From Chthoniobacteraceae bacterium (GTDB lineage Bacteria; Verrucomicrobiota; Verrucomicrobiia; Chthoniobacterales; Chthoniobacteraceae), in assembly GCA_037190965.1 (NCBI GenBank), contig JBBCKI010000063.1, positions 18,206-82,205 on the forward strand: 64,000 bases of DNA, read 5' to 3'. The notes beneath the pieces were generated by a model that made no database searches, was not told where the DNA came from, and saw nothing but the letters and a program-made list of their open reading frames with translations. Position numbers and translations under genes: made by a program. Positions 44,785 through 53,565 of the stretch are shown piece by piece (the first letter of the stretch is position 1; the number at the start of each line of letters is the position of its first letter).

Positions 44785-47423
44785 GTACCACGGTGCAGCA
44801 TAGTATTGACGCCAAGAGGGAGGTTTATTTCAGGGAACAACAGGAAACGGTTTATCGCAATACCGATAAACTCTTTGTTCCATGCCTGATCATCCAATGG
44901 CTCTTCGGCGTCCTCATCGCCGTTTGGGTGACCCCGCGCACCTGGGTGGGCGAGCAAAGCGAGACGCATCCCCACGTTTGGGCGGCATTATTTCTGGGCG
45001 CTTTGATCGCCGCATTCCCGATCGTCCTGGCGTGGCGAATGCCCGGACAGGCGGCGACACGTCATTCCATCGCCATCGCTCAGATGCTGGCGGGGTCTCT
45101 CCTTATTCATCTGACGGGAGGGAGAATCGAAACGCATTTCCACGTCTTTGGTTCACTCGCCTTTTTGTCCTTCTACCGGGATTGGCGTGTACTTGCCACA
45201 GCGTCGTTCGTGGTGGTCGCAGATCACTTTTTACGAGGAATTCTGTGGCCGGAATCCATCTACGGCGTGATCAATGCGTCCGTCTGGCGGACGATGGAGC
45301 ATGCGGGCTGGGTGGTGGTCGAAGATATCTTTCTCTTCTTCGCCATCCGGCAGGCGCATCAGGAAATGCGGAGGATGGCAGGAAAAAAGGCGGCGCTTGA
45401 AGCGCTCAATGACGAGGTGGAATCCCGCGTGATTATGCGCACCCGCGAGTTGGCCGCCAGCGAAGAGCGGTTCCGAATGCTCAGTTCCACGGCTCCCGTC
45501 GGCATCTTCCAGACGGATGCTGACGGGAACTGTTTTTACACCAACCAACGCTGGACGGAAATCTCCGGCCTCTCCGAGCAGGAAAGCCTGGGAATGAATT
45601 GGTCCAAGGCCATTCTTCTCGAGGATAGGGAACGGGTGCTCAAAGAGTGGCAAAACGCGACCCAGGGAGGCCGCGAATACCTGTGCGAATACCGGATGCT
45701 CTGGCCCAATAACGAACAGCGGTGGGTCCTGGCTCGCGCCAAGGCGATGTTCTCCGCGCAGGGGGACTTCATCGGCCATGTGGGCACCGCCGAAGACATC
45801 ACCTTCCGCAAGCATCACGAGACCGAGATCGCGCAGGCTCGCGATTCCGCCCTGGAATCCGTGCGGCTTAAGTCGGAATTCCTGGCCAACGTCAGCCACG
45901 AAATTCGCACCCCGATGAACGCCGTTATCGGCATGATCGGCCTGCTGCTCGATACATCGCTCACACCGCAGCAACGCAAGTTCGCCACCACGGTCCACAA
46001 AAGCGCCGAGACGCTGCTCACGCTCCTGAACGACATCTTGGATTTCTCAAAAATCGAAGCGGGCAAGCTTACTTTCGAGGTGGACGATTTCGACCTGCAG
46101 GAAACGGTCGAGAATACCCTGGATCTGCTTGCGGATTCCGCCCACGCCAAAAACCTTGAGCTCATCGGTTTTCTTAAACCGGGCACTCCCCGGTATCTTC
46201 GCGGCGATCCCGGTCGGTTGCGGCAGGTGCTTGTGAATCTGATCCATAATGCCATCAAGTTCACCGAACAAGGCGAAGTCGTCCTGAGCGTTTCCCTGGA
46301 ATCCAGTGACGGAGCCGACCAACTCATCCGGTTTGAAGTGACGGATACCGGCATCGGCATCGACTCTGAAACCCAGGCAAAACTTTTCCAGGCCTTCACC
46401 CAGGCGGACGGCTCCGGCACGCGGAAATACGGCGGGACGGGGCTTGGGCTCGCTATTTCCCGCCGCCTCGTAGAGCTCATGAACGGGCGCATCGGCATTA
46501 GAAGTGCGTTAGGCGAAGGCTCCACCTTCTGGTTCACGGCTTGCATGGAAATCGCATCGCCCCCCTTCGCTTGCAATAGGATCGACCAGGCGTCACTGGC
46601 CGGTCTGCGGGTATTGACCGTGGATGACAACGTCACCAATGCCACGATGCTCCATCATCAACTGGAGAACTGGGGAATGCGCGACAGCCACGCGCTTCAT
46701 GCCGATGAAGCCATGCGCCTTCTCCACGCCGCGGTGGCCGCCGGAGATCCGTTCCGCCTCGCGATTCTGGACATGCAGATGCCCGACGTCAGCGGGCTCA
46801 CTCTCGCCTGTCGTATCCAAGCCGACAAAACGCTGGCTGATACCCGTCTCATCATGCTCACATCTCTGGGAGCGAGGCTCGACCCGCGAAGCCTGCGCGA
46901 GGCAGGCATCCTGGAATGCCTGCTCAAGCCCGTCAAGCAAGCCCGCTTGTTTGAATGCATCGCCCGCGTCTTTAACGATCTCTCCGACTCCAAAAACGCC
47001 GCTGGCACCTGGAAAGACCTGGAGGTTCTCCCTGCCAAACCGCACAACCTGCAGATCCTTGTTGCCGAGGATAACCCTGTAAACCAGAAGGTCGTCCTCT
47101 TCCTGCTCAAGAAACTCGGCTACATCGCCCACATTGCGGCGGACGGCCTCGAAGTCCTCGCCGCATTGAAGCGCACCTGCTACGACATCATCTTCATGGA
47201 TTGCCAAATGCCTGAAATGGATGGCTATGAGGCGACCCGGTGCATCCGGGAGCAGGAACTTTTAAGCCCCTCCCGCACGTATATCGTCGCGCTTACCGCC
47301 AATTCCATGAATGGCGACCGCGAAAAATGCATCGAAGCCGGCATGGACGATTATCTCCCCAAGCCCCTTCGGCAAGACGATCTGGTTGCCGCCATCCAGC
47401 GCTATGTGGATGGGCGCGGATAA
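44781..47423 (+). CDS. Hybrid sensor kinase: RedC-like membrane domain, PAS, HisKA, HATPase and two REC domains
   Basis: It has LLIHLTGGRIETHFHVFGSLAFLSFYRDWR, EHAGWVVVED, a PAS domain, SHEIRTPMN, YGGTGLGL and two receivers (LDMQMP, MDCQMP). It has an ATGA overlap with the RedB-like gene. Confidence 0.88.
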   Translation: MSTTVQHSIDAKREVYFREQQETVYRNTDKLFVPCLIIQWLFGVLIAVWVTPRTWVGEQSETHPHVWAALFLGALIAAFPIVLAWRMPGQAATRHSIAIAQMLAGSLLIHLTGGRIETHFHVFGSLAFLSFYRDWRVLATASFVVVADHFLRGILWPESIYGVINASVWRTMEHAGWVVVEDIFLFFAIRQAHQEMRRMAGKKAALEALNDEVESRVIMRTRELAASEERFRMLSSTAPVGIFQTDADGNCFYTNQRWTEISGLSEQESLGMNWSKAILLEDRERVLKEWQNATQGGREYLCEYRMLWPNNEQRWVLARAKAMFSAQGDFIGHVGTAEDITFRKHHETEIAQARDSALESVRLKSEFLANVSHEIRTPMNAVIGMIGLLLDTSLTPQQRKFATTVHKSAETLLTLLNDILDFSKIEAGKLTFEVDDFDLQETVENTLDLLADSAHAKNLELIGFLKPGTPRYLRGDPGRLRQVLVNLIHNAIKFTEQGEVVLSVSLESSDGADQLIRFEVTDTGIGIDSETQAKLFQAFTQADGSGTRKYGGTGLGLAISRRLVELMNGRIGIRSALGEGSTFWFTACMEIASPPFACNRIDQASLAGLRVLTVDDNVTNATMLHHQLENWGMRDSHALHADEAMRLLHAAVAAGDPFRLAILDMQMPDVSGLTLACRIQADKTLADTRLIMLTSLGARLDPRSLREAGILECLLKPVKQARLFECIARVFNDLSDSKNAAGTWKDLEVLPAKPHNLQILVAEDNPVNQKVVLFLLKKLGYIAHIAADGLEVLAALKRTCYDIIFMDCQMPEMDGYEATRCIREQELLSPSRTYIVALTANSMNGDREKCIEAGMDDYLPKPLRQDDLVAAIQRYVDGRG

Positions 47424-47486
47424 ATCACATCCGCCGGAAATGGCTCGCGGCAAACGGCGGGAGAGGCTCTTATATTAGCAACACCC

Positions 47487-47837
47487 ATGAACGATTCGAT
47501 CCGTGCCGTCACCGAAGAGATCCGCGCGTTCCGAGACGCGCGCGACTGGCTGCAATTTCACAATCCGAAGGAACTTGCCGTCGCCATTTCGGCGGAGGCC
47601 GGAGAGTTGCTTCAACACTTCGTCTGGCAAAGCGCGGAGCAGTCGGATCGGCGCGCGAAGGAACGAAAGGGAGAAATCGGCAGCGAAATCGCCGACGTGG
47701 CAATCCTTCTCTTCGAACTGGCGAACAACCTCGGGATCGATCTCGCGGCCGCGATGCGGGCGAAGCTCGCCAACAATGAACAACGTTACCCGGTGGCAAA
47801 AGCTCGCGGCTCCAACAAAAAGTACAACGAACTGTGA
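47487..47837 (+). CDS. MazG-like nucleotide pyrophosphohydrolase (DCTPP1-like)
   Basis: Motifs FRDARDWLQFHNPKEL, EAGELL, EIADV and KLANNEQRYP are present. Confidence 0.9.
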   Translation: MNDSIRAVTEEIRAFRDARDWLQFHNPKELAVAISAEAGELLQHFVWQSAEQSDRRAKERKGEIGSEIADVAILLFELANNLGIDLAAAMRAKLANNEQRYPVAKARGSNKKYNEL

Positions 47838-48886
47838 CCGACCAGCCCGCTTCCGACGATTCCACGCCCCTGCGCCCAAAACGGCGGCCCCGGTATTCTG
47901 GAAAAAACCCGCGCCGCTTCGAAGACAAGTATAAGGAACGGGCGCCCGAGCGGTATCCGGACACGGTGGCCAAGGTCCTCGCGTCCGGGAAAACTCCGGC
48001 GGGAACGCATCGGCCCATCATGGTTGCGGAGATCCTCGAAGTCCTCCGGCCTCAACCTGGGGAGTGCGCGGTCGATTGCACGCTTGGTTACGGCGGCCAT
48101 GCGCAGGAACTGCTCGCCCGTTTGCAGCCGGGCGGACGGCTCATCGGTCTCGACGCGGACCCGATCGAGCTTCCAAAAACGGAAGCGCGATTGCGCGCGC
48201 TCGGGTTCGGCCCGGAAGCCCTGACGACGCACCGGAGCAACTTTGCGGGCTTGCCGAAGGTTCTTGCGGCGGAAGGCCTCGCAGGCGGAGCCGACCTGAT
48301 TCTCGCCGATCTCGGCGTCTCTTCGATGCAGATCGACGATCCGGCGCGCGGCTTCTCCGTCAAGATGGAAGGGCCGCTCGATATGCGGATGAATCCACGG
48401 CGAGGGCAATCCGCCTCGGAGCTCTTACAGCGTACCAACGCGACCGATCTGGCGGCGATGCTCAAGGACAATTCGGATGAACCGCACGCGGCGGTATTGG
48501 CGGAGGCATTGGCGGGACGCCCGATGGCGACAACAGCGCCGCTGGCTCTCGCAATCCGGGCCGCGTTGCCTCGAACCAAAGAGGAAGAGGTGACCTTGAG
48601 CGTGCGTCGGGTGTTCCAGGCGTTGCGGATCGCGGTCAACGAGGAATTCACCGCGCTCGAAACTTTCCTGCGAAATCTCCCCGCTTGCCTGCGCGAGAGG
48701 GGCCGCGTAGCCGTGTTGACGTTTCATTCCGGAGAAGACCGCCGTGTAAAAAAAGCGTTCGAAGCCGGGTTGCGCGACGGCCTTTACAAGGAGATCGCCC
48801 GGGAGGTGATCCGTCCCAGCCCGGCGGAATGCGGAGCCAACCCTCGAGCCACGCCCACGAAGCTCCGTTGGGCGATCCGGGCATAG
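47834..48886 (+). CDS. rsmH: 16S rRNA m4C1402 methyltransferase RsmH homolog with a basic N-terminal extension
   Basis: Motifs HRPIMVAE, DCTLGYGGH, DLGVSSMQID, GPLDMRMN, FQALRIAVNEE and TFHSGEDR are present. Confidence 0.85.
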   Translation: MTDQPASDDSTPLRPKRRPRYSGKNPRRFEDKYKERAPERYPDTVAKVLASGKTPAGTHRPIMVAEILEVLRPQPGECAVDCTLGYGGHAQELLARLQPGGRLIGLDADPIELPKTEARLRALGFGPEALTTHRSNFAGLPKVLAAEGLAGGADLILADLGVSSMQIDDPARGFSVKMEGPLDMRMNPRRGQSASELLQRTNATDLAAMLKDNSDEPHAAVLAEALAGRPMATTAPLALAIRAALPRTKEEEVTLSVRRVFQALRIAVNEEFTALETFLRNLPACLRERGRVAVLTFHSGEDRRVKKAFEAGLRDGLYKEIAREVIRPSPAECGANPRATPTKLRWAIRA

Positions 48887-49090
48887 TGTCCTGAGTCAGA
48901 AAAATCTCGTAATATTCTCTCGTTCCCAAACTCTGTTTGGGAACGCCCCTGTCTTCGAAACTCCAGTTTCGAAAACCCGTACCGGCACCCTATATGAGAT
49001 GACAAGGCTTTCGAATCAGAGATTCGGAAACAATGGCATTACCAATCTGGAGATTGGTAACGAGGAAATATTAAAACGTCCGGAGCACTA
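48884..49090 (+). repeat. Repeat family D copy 2 filling the whole gap between convergent genes
   Basis: The core at 48919-49064 matches 21121-21270. The outer ends are TAGTGTCCTGAGTCAG and CCGGAGCACTA. Confidence 0.82.
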
Positions 49091-50971
49091 TCCCCGCTGC
49101 GCCATGGGGTCGCATAGCCCGGCAATGGCCCGCTGAAGTGTTTGGAAATCGACCGGCTTGGTAAGGTGACGGTCAAACCCGGCCTGAAGACTATTCTCCA
49201 CGTCACTATCCATCCCGAATCCGCTGAGCGCGATGGCCTGAAAATCGCTGTGGGCGGCGCGGTAATGCCTGATGACGTCGATCCCACTTCCGTCGGGCAA
49301 TCCAATGTCGCTGACCAAAAGATCGATCGGCTGGTCGTCAAAAGCCAGCGCTTCCCTCACACTGGCGGCCATGCGAACCTCATGCCCGCGCCGGCGCAAA
49401 AGGCGGGCCAGGACGAACGCCGTCGGCTCATGGTCCTCCACCAGCAGAATGCGCAACCGGGTCCCGCTCTCATCATGGACAGGTTGAGGAGCCGAAGCGG
49501 TCTGGGGAGGACCTTCGAAAGCAGGAAGCATAAACTCAAAAACAGCTCCCCTTCCAACACCGGGGCTATTCGCGTGAATGCTGCCTCCATGAAGTTCCAA
49601 CAATGACTTGGCAATGGCCAAACCGAGCCCCAGGCCCCCAAAACGGCGATGCGTGGCGTCAGCCTGCTCGAAAGCATCGAAGATGGAGGTGAGCGATTCC
49701 GAAGCGATGCCAATACCGGTGTCGCTGATCCCCACCCATACAAAATCCCCCCTGCATTCAGCCCGCACCGTGATGCTGCCGCCGGACTGCGTAAACTTGA
49801 GAGCGTTGCCGAGGAGATTCAGAACGACCTGCTTGATTCGGGAGCGGTCCGCGTTGATATACCGCCGGTAACCGCGCATCTCCATGCCGATTTTGACCTC
49901 CTTCGCATTCGCTTCGGAGCGCACCATCTCCACAGCGGAGACCAGGATATCATGGATATCCACCAGATGCCGTTCCAGGTGCAGCTTTCCTTTCTCGATG
50001 CGCGTCAGATCGAGCAAATCATCGATAAGGCGGGCCTCCAGCGCGACATGCCGCCGCATCATGGCCGCGTCGATACGAAGGGTGGAAGGAAGACCAGGAT
50101 GGGATTCAAGCGACTCCGCCAGCATTAGCACGGGAGTCAGCGGCGTGCGGAGTTCGTGGCTGAGCACGGCAAGGAAACGATCCTTGGCGAGGTTGGCGGC
50201 TTCGGCCTGTTCCTTGGCATTGCGCAATTCCTCCAGCGCGCGCCGCCGCTCGGTGATGTCTTCATTGACAATCACGGCACCAAGAATCGGCCCGTCGCCG
50301 ATGCGGAGAGGCATCGCTGAAATGAGGATATCCTTGCGCCCACCGGTGAATGGCTCGATCTCGATCACTTCATTGAGGATTGTTTCGCCGCTCAAGGCAC
50401 GGACGCCCGGGTAGTCCGGCACTTCAATGAGCTTCCCGGTTTCCGAAGACCACATTTTGTACTGCCCGTAATCCTCAACGCCGACGTATCGCGCCCCTCC
50501 CCAGATTGTCCGGACCGCCCGATTCGTGGTGATGACAGTCCCATTCTGATCGGTGAGCCAGATCCCCACCGGCAAAGCATCGATGACGGTTCTCAGTTCC
50601 TGCTCCCGTTGCTCCAGAGCCCGGCGGGCGATCACCCCCTTTTCATGGCTTTGGCAATTGGCGTGGGCCACGTAAAGGATGCTGGCCGACAACACCAAGA
50701 AAAGAAGGATGTGAGGAAGAAGCTCGGTAAACGGTCCACCCACCGTGAGCGCAAAAAAGCCGATCCCGAAGATCATGCTTAATACCGTTGCAAAAACGCC
50801 CGGGCCGGTGCCCGCAAAAAGACCGCTGATGAGGATCGCAATCGAAAACGGAAGCAGCGGGGAACGGTCCGTCAGCCACGGCTCGAAAACGGTCCGGATC
50901 GCCGCAGCAAGGCAGACTGACGCAAAGGCGAGAGCGTATCGTGATATCGTCGTTTGGGGCCCGGGAATCAT
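49088..50971 (-). CDS. Hybrid sensor kinase (DUF4118-like TM, PAS, HisKA, HATPase, REC)
   Basis: It has an N-terminal 4-TM segment, a PAS domain, LSHELRTPL, FGGLGLGL and a REC domain (LVEDH..SDIGLPD..KPV). Confidence 0.9.
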   Translation of the reverse strand: MIPGPQTTISRYALAFASVCLAAAIRTVFEPWLTDRSPLLPFSIAILISGLFAGTGPGVFATVLSMIFGIGFFALTVGGPFTELLPHILLFLVLSASILYVAHANCQSHEKGVIARRALEQREQELRTVIDALPVGIWLTDQNGTVITTNRAVRTIWGGARYVGVEDYGQYKMWSSETGKLIEVPDYPGVRALSGETILNEVIEIEPFTGGRKDILISAMPLRIGDGPILGAVIVNEDITERRRALEELRNAKEQAEAANLAKDRFLAVLSHELRTPLTPVLMLAESLESHPGLPSTLRIDAAMMRRHVALEARLIDDLLDLTRIEKGKLHLERHLVDIHDILVSAVEMVRSEANAKEVKIGMEMRGYRRYINADRSRIKQVVLNLLGNALKFTQSGGSITVRAECRGDFVWVGISDTGIGIASESLTSIFDAFEQADATHRRFGGLGLGLAIAKSLLELHGGSIHANSPGVGRGAVFEFMLPAFEGPPQTASAPQPVHDESGTRLRILLVEDHEPTAFVLARLLRRRGHEVRMAASVREALAFDDQPIDLLVSDIGLPDGSGIDVIRHYRAAHSDFQAIALSGFGMDSDVENSLQAGFDRHLTKPVDFQTLQRAIAGLCDPMAQRG

Positions 50972-51133
50972 CGTCTGAAATCGCTGATTAAAAGCGACAG
51001 GAAGCGAATAGCCCGTGACGATTTAGATCAGTGGTCTCGAAAAAGAAAACGTCATGCGAACGCAAATGCCAGTTGAGAAACCCCGGTTCCAGACATCAGG
51101 AAAACCCTGATGCACTGTTGCCGCCCCGTAGGT

Positions 51134-51871
51134 TCATCGATCGCACGAAACCTTCGCGACGAGGCGTCGCACCATGATGGCGTCTTTGAGCATCTTAAGA
51201 CTGTCACGGACGATGTTCACCCGCGAATCGGGGGAGTTCGTCCACCGAACCGGCAACTCCCGCGTGGTGTAGCCAAGTTTCTCCGCCAGGAGGAGCACTT
51301 CCACGTCGAAGGCAAAGCCATCCAATTGCTGCCGGGAGAAGATCGCCTCCGCGGCCGGTTTGCGGAATGCCTTGAACCCGCACTGCGTGTCGCGCACGCG
51401 GATTCCCGCCACACGGCGCAAAATCCAGTTAAAGATTTCCCCCATCCTCTGACGCAGCCAGTTCTGGCGTTTAAGAATCCGGCTTTGCGCGTGTTTGCGG
51501 CTACCGACGAGGACATCCGCCTCTGGGTGAGCCTCAAAGAACCCGAGAAACACCGCCACCTCCTCAGGGGGAACGCTCAAGTCCGCGTCCATAAACAGGA
51601 TGATACGTCCTCGGGCCTCCAGCACCCCGCGTCGGACGGCGGCACCCTTGCCCCGGTGTACCCGGGTGTCGATCACCCGAAAATTGGCTTGGCTCTTCGA
51701 GGCCTCCGTCGCTAACTCCAAGGTTTCGTCCCCGCTTTTTTCCACCACGACCACCACTTCCCACGTGCTTTTCAATTCGTTGCAAAACGCGGCAAGCTGC
51801 CGGAGTGTGCCCGGCAAACGCCGCGCCTCGTTGAAAGCGGGGATTACGATGCTGAGATCAGGATCGTCCAT
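51134..51871 (-). CDS. GT2 glycosyltransferase (dolichyl/polyprenyl-phosphate glycosyltransferase-like)
   Basis: Motifs SIVIPAFNE, GKGAAVRRG, FMDADLS, DTQCGFK and FAFDVE are present. Confidence 0.9.
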   Translation of the reverse strand: MDDPDLSIVIPAFNEARRLPGTLRQLAAFCNELKSTWEVVVVVEKSGDETLELATEASKSQANFRVIDTRVHRGKGAAVRRGVLEARGRIILFMDADLSVPPEEVAVFLGFFEAHPEADVLVGSRKHAQSRILKRQNWLRQRMGEIFNWILRRVAGIRVRDTQCGFKAFRKPAAEAIFSRQQLDGFAFDVEVLLLAEKLGYTTRELPVRWTNSPDSRVNIVRDSLKMLKDAIMVRRLVAKVSCDR

Positions 51872-51981
51872 TGCGTTAAGTCATCATGAAAACCGTTTTT
51901 TTCCAGTCGTGAACACCCGTACAATGACCGCGCTCAACCCGCGTCGGCAACCCTTTTCCCGCCGCTCCGCGATTCCTTGCC

Positions 51982-53565
51982 ATGAGTGAATCCTCCTCAC
52001 GCCTGGCTCACGAGCCCCTCGCCGTCGGCGGCCTTCCCGGGAGGGATTCCTACCGCCGGGCCGTGTGGTTGATCGTCGGGCTTGCCTTGGGGCTGCGCCT
52101 GCTGTGGCTGGGCATGAAGCCCCCTCATTTCGACGAGGGCGTCAACGGATGGTTTATCGATCAAATGACCCGGACCGGGTTTTACCACTACGACCCCGGC
52201 AATTACCACGGCCCCTTCCATTTCTACGTCCTCTTTCTTGCCCAGACGCTCTTTGGCCGGGAGATCGTCGCCTTTCGATTGCCGCTGGTGCTCATCAACG
52301 CGGCCACCGTCTGGCTGATCCTCCAATACCGGCGTTTCCTGCCATGGCGGGTCTGCACGATTGCCGCGCTGGCGTTCGCCCTCTCGCCCGGGATGCTCTT
52401 TTTCTCCCGCTACGCGATCCATGAGGCGTGGCTGGTCTTCGCGATGGTACTGGGAATCTGGGGGGTGGCCGAGCTTTGGACGCGAGGCACCGCCCGGGGG
52501 CTGTGGGCGGGGGTGATGGGAGTCGTCCTCATGATTTTGACGAAGGAGACCTACCTCGTGCATCTCTTTGCCTTCGCGCTGGCGTGCGGAACGCTCCTTC
52601 TGCTGGAGGTCTTTTCTCCCTCGTCGCGGGAAATTTCGGTGCGTCCCGTAAAGCAACGCTGGAACGTGGACACGCTGAACGCGACGCTTTTTGTTGGGGT
52701 TCTCTCAATCGTCTTCTTTTATTCAGGCGGCTTTCTCGACCCTTCCTCGCTTTCAGGCCTGGTGAAGACGTTTGCGATCTGGTCGAACACGGGCGTCGAC
52801 GGGAGCGGCCATGGCAAGGCGTGGTATTACTGGTTTGAACTGATGGGCCGTTACGAATGGCCCGCCTTGATCGGGATCGCCTTCAGCCTGCGCGCGGTCT
52901 GGCCCGGCATGAACCGGCTCAGTCGCCTGCTTGCCATTTACGGATGCGGCGCGCTGACGGCTTACAGCATCGTCAACTACAAGACGCCGTGGTGCATCAT
53001 CGCCATCATCTGGCCATTCTTCTTTCTCTTCGGCGATGCGGTGGATTCGGCTCTTCGATGGACCGAACGCAGGCCTCATTTGCGCTGGCTGAGCATTCCA
53101 ACCGCAGTGATCGCCATGGCAGCCGTTGGCGTCTCGGCGGCGGTGGGAATCCGGCTCAACTACTTCCGCCCCACCGATCCGAAGGAAAAATACGTTTATG
53201 TTCAGACCATGAACGATCTTTTCAAACTCACGGCTCCCCTTGAAAAGCTCGTGGCGCAGGATCCCGCCGCATATCATCTCCGAGGCCATCTGCTTCTTTC
53301 CGACTACCACCCCCTTCCCTGGGTGCTCGGTGATTTCACTGGCGCGATCATTTACCCCAGCCGGGACTCCCGGCCTCCGACCATGGATGCCTCCTTCCTC
53401 GTGGTGGAAGAAGAGCGGATTGCCGAAGTGGAGAAGGAATTGACGCAGCCTTACTTCGTCGACACCTTCCAGCTTCGCGACGGGTTGGTGCCGGGCAAGC
53501 TTTACCTCGACGCGGAGAAGTTCGCCCCGTTCTTCCCCGGTCGAACCCCCGAATTTTCGCCATGA
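51982..53565 (+). CDS. TIGR03663 / Agl23-like GT-C-type membrane protein
   Basis: It has HFDEGVNGWF, YHYDPGNYHGP, FSRYAIHE, TKET and YKTPW, plus many TM helices. Confidence 0.75.
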   Translation: MSESSSRLAHEPLAVGGLPGRDSYRRAVWLIVGLALGLRLLWLGMKPPHFDEGVNGWFIDQMTRTGFYHYDPGNYHGPFHFYVLFLAQTLFGREIVAFRLPLVLINAATVWLILQYRRFLPWRVCTIAALAFALSPGMLFFSRYAIHEAWLVFAMVLGIWGVAELWTRGTARGLWAGVMGVVLMILTKETYLVHLFAFALACGTLLLLEVFSPSSREISVRPVKQRWNVDTLNATLFVGVLSIVFFYSGGFLDPSSLSGLVKTFAIWSNTGVDGSGHGKAWYYWFELMGRYEWPALIGIAFSLRAVWPGMNRLSRLLAIYGCGALTAYSIVNYKTPWCIIAIIWPFFFLFGDAVDSALRWTERRPHLRWLSIPTAVIAMAAVGVSAAVGIRLNYFRPTDPKEKYVYVQTMNDLFKLTAPLEKLVAQDPAAYHLRGHLLLSDYHPLPWVLGDFTGAIIYPSRDSRPPTMDASFLVVEEERIAEVEKELTQPYFVDTFQLRDGLVPGKLYLDAEKFAPFFPGRTPEFSP

